Source: Selaginella moellendorffii (taxonomy: Eukaryota; Plantae; Lycopodiophyta). Taken from it: a DNA stretch of 64,000 bases. This document shows positions 57,936-64,000 of this stretch, one piece after another. Both the position numbers and the translations under genes were made by a program. The DNA lies in assembly GCF_000143415.4 (NCBI RefSeq), contig NW_003314280.1, positions 496,001-560,000 on the forward strand, given 5' to 3'. Numbering within the stretch: position 1 is the first letter of the stretch; each line of letters starts with the position of its first letter. Below the pieces are notes generated by a model that did not search any database, had not been told where the DNA came from, and saw nothing but the letters and a program-made list of their open reading frames with translations.

Positions 57936-59082
57936 TGTAAGGAACCGACTCCCCGAGATGTCGTAGGCTAAAGGATCCCCAAAAGCTTGACCGAAATGAC
58001 AAAGAGTTCATCGGATGGGACCAAGTCGAGGATCGAGTCCAAGACCGACTCTAGGACCGAGTTCGAGATAGAGTCCGGAATCGAGTCCGAGACCGACTCG
58101 GGGACCGAGTTCGAGTCCGAGTTCGAGACCGAGTTCGAGACAGAGTCTGGATCCGAAATCGGGTCCGAGACCGAGTCCGAGGTCGAGTCCGAGGTCGGGT
58201 CCGAGGTCGGGTCCGAGATCGAGTCTGTGATCGAGTCCGAACCCGAATCCGAAGTCGGATCCGAAATCGGGTCCGAGATCGAGCCAGAGACTAAGTCCAA
58301 ATACTAATACGGGTCAAGGGGTGAAAGCCCAAAGCGTGCGTCTCCCAGGGGGGGGGGGCTGCAGGGGGTTCCAAAAGTATAGTAGGGATAGTGAGGTCCA
58401 GGAACCAGTTTAGAAGGGACTCTCCAGTTGGGCTTCCAAACCGACTTGAGGTTGGGACTGGGACCGAGGGGCCTTGGGTGGGAGTGAGCATGGACTTGGC
58501 TGGTGCCGGAGGGGCCATCCAAGGAAGTGCTCAAGAGCAGCTCCCACTCCCGAAAGGGAAACCGATTGCGGTGCTCCCGGCTCAGGTGGAGTGGTGCCCC
58601 ACTTGAGTACCTTGTGGCTCATTGGTCCTCGCCCTTCCGGGGGCTTGGGCCTTTCCTTCGGGATGGAAGAGGGGGGGTAGAGGTACCCATACCGGGCCGT
58701 TAGGCCACGGTGTTTCGCCCCGACGTCCCGAAGCAAGTGCTGCTCCCAAGGCTTGGGATTTAGAGGGTCCCATGATCAAGCCTTGTGATACCTTGGGGTG
58801 TTAGGAATCTGGAGGCTTGGTGTGCTTGGCTGCTTGTGCCTGCGGGGAGTGTAGCCGAACCTTAAGTCCAGTCTAACCCGGGGAGGGGGATTGGGAGAGA
58901 TTTGGGAATCCGTAGATGGATGGCTAACACTCCGTTGCTCGTGCAGTAAGTAGTTGAAACCAAGTAGGAGCTGGCACCATAGGCGAGAACCTTGGCGAGG
59001 GAACTCAGCACAAGCCAAGGCGGAGTTGGTCGGATAGGCGAGGTAAGCTGGCAAATTGGAAAGGAAAAATTTGTGGCTTACA
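57936..59082 (+). repeat. 5' LTR of family A copy 2 (1147 bp)
   Basis: TGTAAG...GCTTACA; inverted near-identical copy of 5684-6830. Confidence 0.96.
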
Positions 59083-59141
59083 ATTTGGTATCGGAGCCTC
59101 TTCCTCAGTTCTAGCGAAGGATAGAGGCGGATTGCTGGGAG

Positions 59142-62100
59142 ATGGCAAGGGCAGGACGTAAGCGAACCCAGGCGGAGACGGAACCTCCTCCAGAGCTGGA
59201 GCCTCCGGTCGAACAGGAGGCGATGGATGAGGAATCCTTGCATGAGGAGGACTCCAGTGAGGCAACCTCCAAACAGGAGTCTGGTGGTGAGGTTCGGTCG
59301 TCCAAGGCTCGATTGGATGTTCTAGAAGGACAATTGGCACAGACCAATGCCCTGCTAGAGACTCTCGTACACAAGCTAAAGCGTGACGAGAAGCGGAAGA
59401 AAAAGCGAAAGACTGCGGATGCTGGCAGCGCAGAAGGTGCGGACCCTTCGGCAGGGACTGAGGCAAAACCAGACAAGGTCGAACAGACCGAAGTGGAATC
59501 AGTCCCTCAGGCAGTTCCCAAGTACAAACCGAAGCCCCCACCGGTCTTCAAGGGAGTGAACGACTATAAGGTGGTGGAGGATTGGTTTTACGATATGGAG
59601 GACTACTTCCGAGCGTTGCGATTACCGAGCTCGGAGAAGGTCCCATGTGCAAAACCATACTTGGCAGATAATGCCAAGTCTTGGTGGAGAACAACGGAGG
59701 CCAACGAAGGACCGGTGGCCACTTGGGAAATGATGAAGGCGAGGATCCGCGCGACATACGTTCCTCCGAATGCCACTCTGCATCTGAGAGATGAGCTGAG
59801 TAGGCTGAAGCAGACTGGAACCATCCAGGAATATGTGAATGGGTTCATGGCAAAGAGGATACTTGTCACGGACATGGGGGATATGGATGCGTTCCATGCC
59901 TTTATATCAGGTTTGCAAACCTGGGCTCGCGGTGAGGTGATGCGCTGGAACCCGACCAACTACAAGGAAGCGTTGGATGCGGCCATCAAGGTGCATTTCA
60001 ACGATAACCTGCGAAAGGGGAACACGACGGGGTCGGGATCCACGTTTCACAAAGGGGCCAAACCGAGGGGAACATATAGCAGGGGGAAATTCAAGAAGAG
60101 TTTCTCTAAGAATGAGTCCTCGGGATTCCGGAAAGGCAAATCCGGTGGCCAGCGAGCAAGTACGTGGGGGAGTCAAGCGAAAAGAGACAAACCCACGGAT
60201 AAGAAGGTCAAGTCATATAGCAGCGTGGGAAACAACGTATGCTACAACTGCGGTGAAGCGGGACACTTTTCAAGGGAATGTCCCTACCCGAAGAAGGCCA
60301 GAGCCAATATGGCCATCAAGTCGGGTGAAGTCCAAAATGAGGTATGTGATCCAGTCCCTAACTCAAAGTTACTCATTACACGAGCAACTTTGGTAGAGAG
60401 TCGTTCGCGACATCTACTAGCCCTCCGAGGGAAGCTCGGAGGTAGCTTTGTTAAGATCCTTATTGACACGGGTGCTTCGGATAATTTTGTGGCTGCAGAC
60501 ATAGTCCGGCAAGCCGGACTAACGGTGCAGCGGCTAGGCGAACCAAGGACTATAGAGTTTGTTCAAGGTAGCCAAAGCACCGATGAGGTACTTCGACAAG
60601 CGAGAGTCGAAGTGGGGACTTGGAAGGTGGACATGGATTTCACCGTGTTGGACATGGCGGGATTTGACGTGATCTTCGGAATGGACTGGTTCAATCGATT
60701 CGTGGTAGCCCTGCATGGTCAAGGTAGAAACCTTGTGGTACTGGCGAATGCCCAAGGAAGAAGATCTAGGGTGGAAGCCCAGGATCTAAAGGTAGGGCAA
60801 AGCAAGGCCAAAGAATCCTGCTTAAACCTGGTGTCCACAAGAGGACAACTCACTAAAGGAACTAAGGCAGCCTTTTTGTGCTTACTCTCGGTGAAGAGTG
60901 ACAAAAAGACAAGAACGGAAGAAGTGCCTTTAGTGATCCAGCGAGTGTTGGACCAATTCCAGGATACCATGCCGGAGGAGCTACCGGCGGGGTTGCCCCC
61001 CGCACGACCGATAGAACATAAGATTGAGCTGGTCGAGGGCGCTGAGGCAGTGGTTCGTCCACCCTATCGTTTGAACGAAAAGGAACTCAAGGAGCTCAAG
61101 TGCCAACTAGAGGAGTTGGTGGACAAAGGGTATGTTAGGTTGAGCAAGTCGCCGTATGGGGCGCCGGTATTATTTGTGAAAAAGAAAGATGGATCTATGC
61201 GCATGTGCATAGATTACCGGTTGCTCAACAAGTATACCAAGAAGAACAAGTACCCTTTGCCAAGGATTGAGGACCTGTTCGATAGGTTGGGAAAGGCAAA
61301 ATACTTCTCGAGGATTGACCTAAGGTCAGGATACTACCAGATCAGGGTAGCTGAGGAAGATGTCGAGAAGACAACCTGTCGAACAAGGTATGGGAGCTTT
61401 GAGTTTCTAGTGATGCCCTTTGGGCTCTGCAATGCGCCGGCAACGTTTTCGGCGTTGATGAACCACATCTTTGTACCCTATCTGGATCACTTCGTGGTCG
61501 TCTATATTGACGACATCCTGATCTATAGCGAGACGCTAGAGGAGCATGCCGAACACTTGGCGAAGGTGTTTGAGAAACTAAGGGAACACAAACTGTATGC
61601 TAAAGAGAGCAAATGTGACTTTGCTCAACAAGAGGTAAAGTTTCTCGGGCATGTGGTGGGCCAGGACGGGCTCAAGGTGGACCCGGAGAAGGTCCAAGCG
61701 ATCCAGGAATGGGAGCGACCATCGAATGTACATGAGTTGAGGGCGTTCCTGGGGCTATGCAACTACTATCGAAAGTTTATCAGACACTATTCGAGAGTAG
61801 CCCTACCCTTAACGGACCAAACAGGAAAAGGGAAGATGGTATGGACAGCAGAATGCGAGGCGGCATTCGTCCACCTCAAAGGGAAGTTGAGGAAGGCTCC
61901 CGTATTGGCATTGCCAGACTTTGGTAAGGACTTTGAGGTAGAAACGGATGCTTCGGACTTTGCGTTGGGCGCAGTTCTGAAGCAAGACAACCATCCGGTA
62001 GCGTTCTTCTCGAAGAAGCTGGACAAGGCTCAACGGAAGTGGCCTGCCCATGAGAAGGAATTGTTTGCGGTGGTCAAGGCACTCAAGGAGTGGCGACACT

Positions 62101-63914
62101 ACCTTGGGAGACACTTCAAGGTTTACACGGACAATGTGGCGACGAAACACTTCTTGTCACAGCCCGACCTAAGAGGGAAACAAGGTCGGTGGGCCAATGC
62201 CTTGGCCGAGTTTGATTGCGAAATTCTGTACAAGCCTGGGAAGAGCAACATCGTGGCGGATGCGCTAAGTCGAAAAGCGAGCTTGAAGTTGGCAATATCC
62301 AGCGCAACAGCAACCTTCTGGGACGATGTGCGGACAGCATATGAGAATGATGGTCTAGCACAAGAAGTGTTGCTGAGGAATCTAGAGGCGCGGGAAGCTC
62401 ACCAGAGAGGTGAGCTGCCAACGGAAGAGAAAACGGGCTATGCGGAACGCAACGGACTCATTTATTACAAGCAAACGAGGGTGTATGTTCCAGAAGGGGA
62501 ACTAAGGAAGGTGGCCTTAGAAGAGTGTCATGACGGACCTCTTGCGGGACACGGCGGAGTGCCCAAGACGATGGGCTTACTCAAGAGGAAGTACCATTGG
62601 CCAGATATGGCTAAGGACGTCCAAGACTATGTAAAGACATGTCCAACATGTCAGCAGGTCAAAGCCGTGACTAAGGCTAGTGGGGGCTTGTTACAAAGCA
62701 TCCCAATTCCAGATCGCCCGTGGAAATGTCTTACGATGGACTTCATCACGGGACTACCCCCAAGCGAGGGGTTTGATGCGATATTCGTGGTGGTGGACCG
62801 ATTTTCAAAGATGGCACATTTCATACCCACCACAACGGACGTGGATGCGGAAGGTGTGGCGAAGCTGTTCTTTGAACAAGTGGTTCGAGTGCGGGGAAGG
62901 CCGGAAGAGATTATCTCAGATCGAGATAAGATCTTCACTAGTAGGTTCTGGAGGACACTCCTAGAACAGTATCGCACCAAATTGAAATTCAGCACAGCCT
63001 ATCACCCACAGACAGGTAATGGGTATTAAGTCAAGATTGATGGCACTAACACTTCTTGACAGACGGACGAACGGAAAGGGTGAATAGGCAGCTGGAGGAT
63101 TATTTGCGATGCTATGTCTCGGGAGACCAGACCGACTGGGTAAGTCATTTGGGACTTGCGGAAATGTGTTATAACAACTCACCACACTCAAGCATCGGGG
63201 TGAGTCCATGGGAAGTCATCAATGGGCGAGCTATTGAAGGTCCTGTGGAACTCGGCGTGGCCGAGTATCATGGAGAGTTGCCCGCGGTGGAGGCATTCAC
63301 GGCGGAAAGACTCAACATTTGGAATCTAGTGAGGGATTCCTTGGAACGGGCTCAACAAAGGCAAACCAAATACGCGAACCAGAAGCGTCGGGATGTAGAG
63401 TTCCAAGCTGGGGAGAAGGTGTGGCTGAACACCAAGAACCTCAGACTACCAAGTGGGATCAGCCGAAAGTTGACCCAAAGGTAAAGATGCATGTATTCCC
63501 GTAAATGAATTGATCTTGAGTTCCTTAAGCAGGTTCGCGGGGCCTTACGAGATTGAGGCACGAATCGGTAAAGTGGCTTACCGACTCCGACTTCCTCGAG
63601 AGATGGGGAAGATGCACCCAGTGTTCCACGTGAACTTACTCAAGCCGTACTTTGAGGATCCGCTTCGCAAGGACCAAGTGAGACCTTTACCTGAGGTTAT
63701 CCAAGGGGAAGAGGAATACGAAGTCGAGGCCATCCTCAATGCGCGCAAGAGCAAGCGACAAGGACGCGAGGTGAGAGAGTTCCATGTGAAGTGGAAAGGA
63801 TTTCTACACTGCGAAGCAACATGGGAACCGGAGGAGAACCTAGCAAACGCACGAGATCTAGTGGAGGAATTTCTGCAAGGCAGAACTTTATGTACTTATG
63901 CAAAATTCAATTAA
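59142..63914 (+). CDS. Gag-Pol polyprotein with chromodomain, 1557 aa after splicing; exons 59142-63015, 63063-63480, 63533-63914
   Basis: Exon lengths 3874+418+382=4674 nt form one frame; all gypsy domains plus chromodomain present. Confidence 0.92.
63016..63062 (+). other. Intron 1 in integrase of family A copy 2 (47 nt)
   Basis: GTAATG...CACTAAC...GACAG, identical to 1704-1750. Confidence 0.9.
63481..63532 (+). other. Intron 2 in integrase of family A copy 2 (52 nt)
   Basis: GTAAAG...TAAGCAG; two substitutions relative to 1234-1285. Confidence 0.88.
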
Positions 63915-64000
63915 AAATATCAATTTGCAAAGTTGAGCAAATGGCATATGTTGGGACCCGAAGGCGCGCCAAAGGTAAGCTAATTAGCATGGGTTGGATA

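Larger units (their letters stand above)
57936..64000 (+). mobile_element. Ty3/gypsy chromovirus, family A copy 2 (3' end beyond window)
   Basis: LTR 57936-59082, PBS 59086-59098, uninterrupted gag-pol exon 1. Confidence 0.97.

Noticed and set aside
63016-63532. Reading the integrase breaks as random frameshift decay or ribosomal frameshifting
   Set aside because: Both copies share them, each gap contains a stop and about 50 extra nt, and GT-AG excision restores conserved motifs exactly.

Overview
Eukaryotic, land-plant DNA. Compact 45-75 nt introns, high gene density, an HD-ZIP III gene and SMG8 point to a non-seed vascular plant such as Selaginella (inference). A ~35 kb gene island (18.2-53.7 kb) holds pfkB kinase, CASP-like, HD-ZIP III, tRNA-Pro, SF3B1, SMG8, Yippee, O-fucosyltransferase, tRNA-Arg, Lines-like, Ac45-like, TOM2A-like, LIG1 and two small/orphan genes. 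Nested Ty3/gypsy blocks flank it on both sides. Family A is a young chromovirus with two copies in inverted orientation (1-6830 and 57936-64000), each inserted in a decayed copy of family B. Family B is a non-chromodomain gypsy with 174-bp LTRs, a 4-bp TSD and a -1 slippery site plus pseudoknot. Main result: in both family A copies the integrase is split by the same two short GT-AG spliceosomal-type introns (47 and 52 nt). Removing them restores the HPQTDGxTER and KLxxRFxGPY motifs and gives one 1557-aa polyprotein. The 3' UTR of the element is a run of about 9 back-to-back hairpins, two of them tRNA T-arm-like. This suggests an intron-retaining LTR retrotransposon whose integrase is switched on by splicing. 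Also present: a 5S-rRNA-bearing Cassandra-type TRIM whose termini, PBS and PPT resemble family A; GC-AG introns, one splitting the miR165/166 site; a candidate 3'UTR intron in SMG8; and an orphan gene built from two duplicated domains with identical intron positions.
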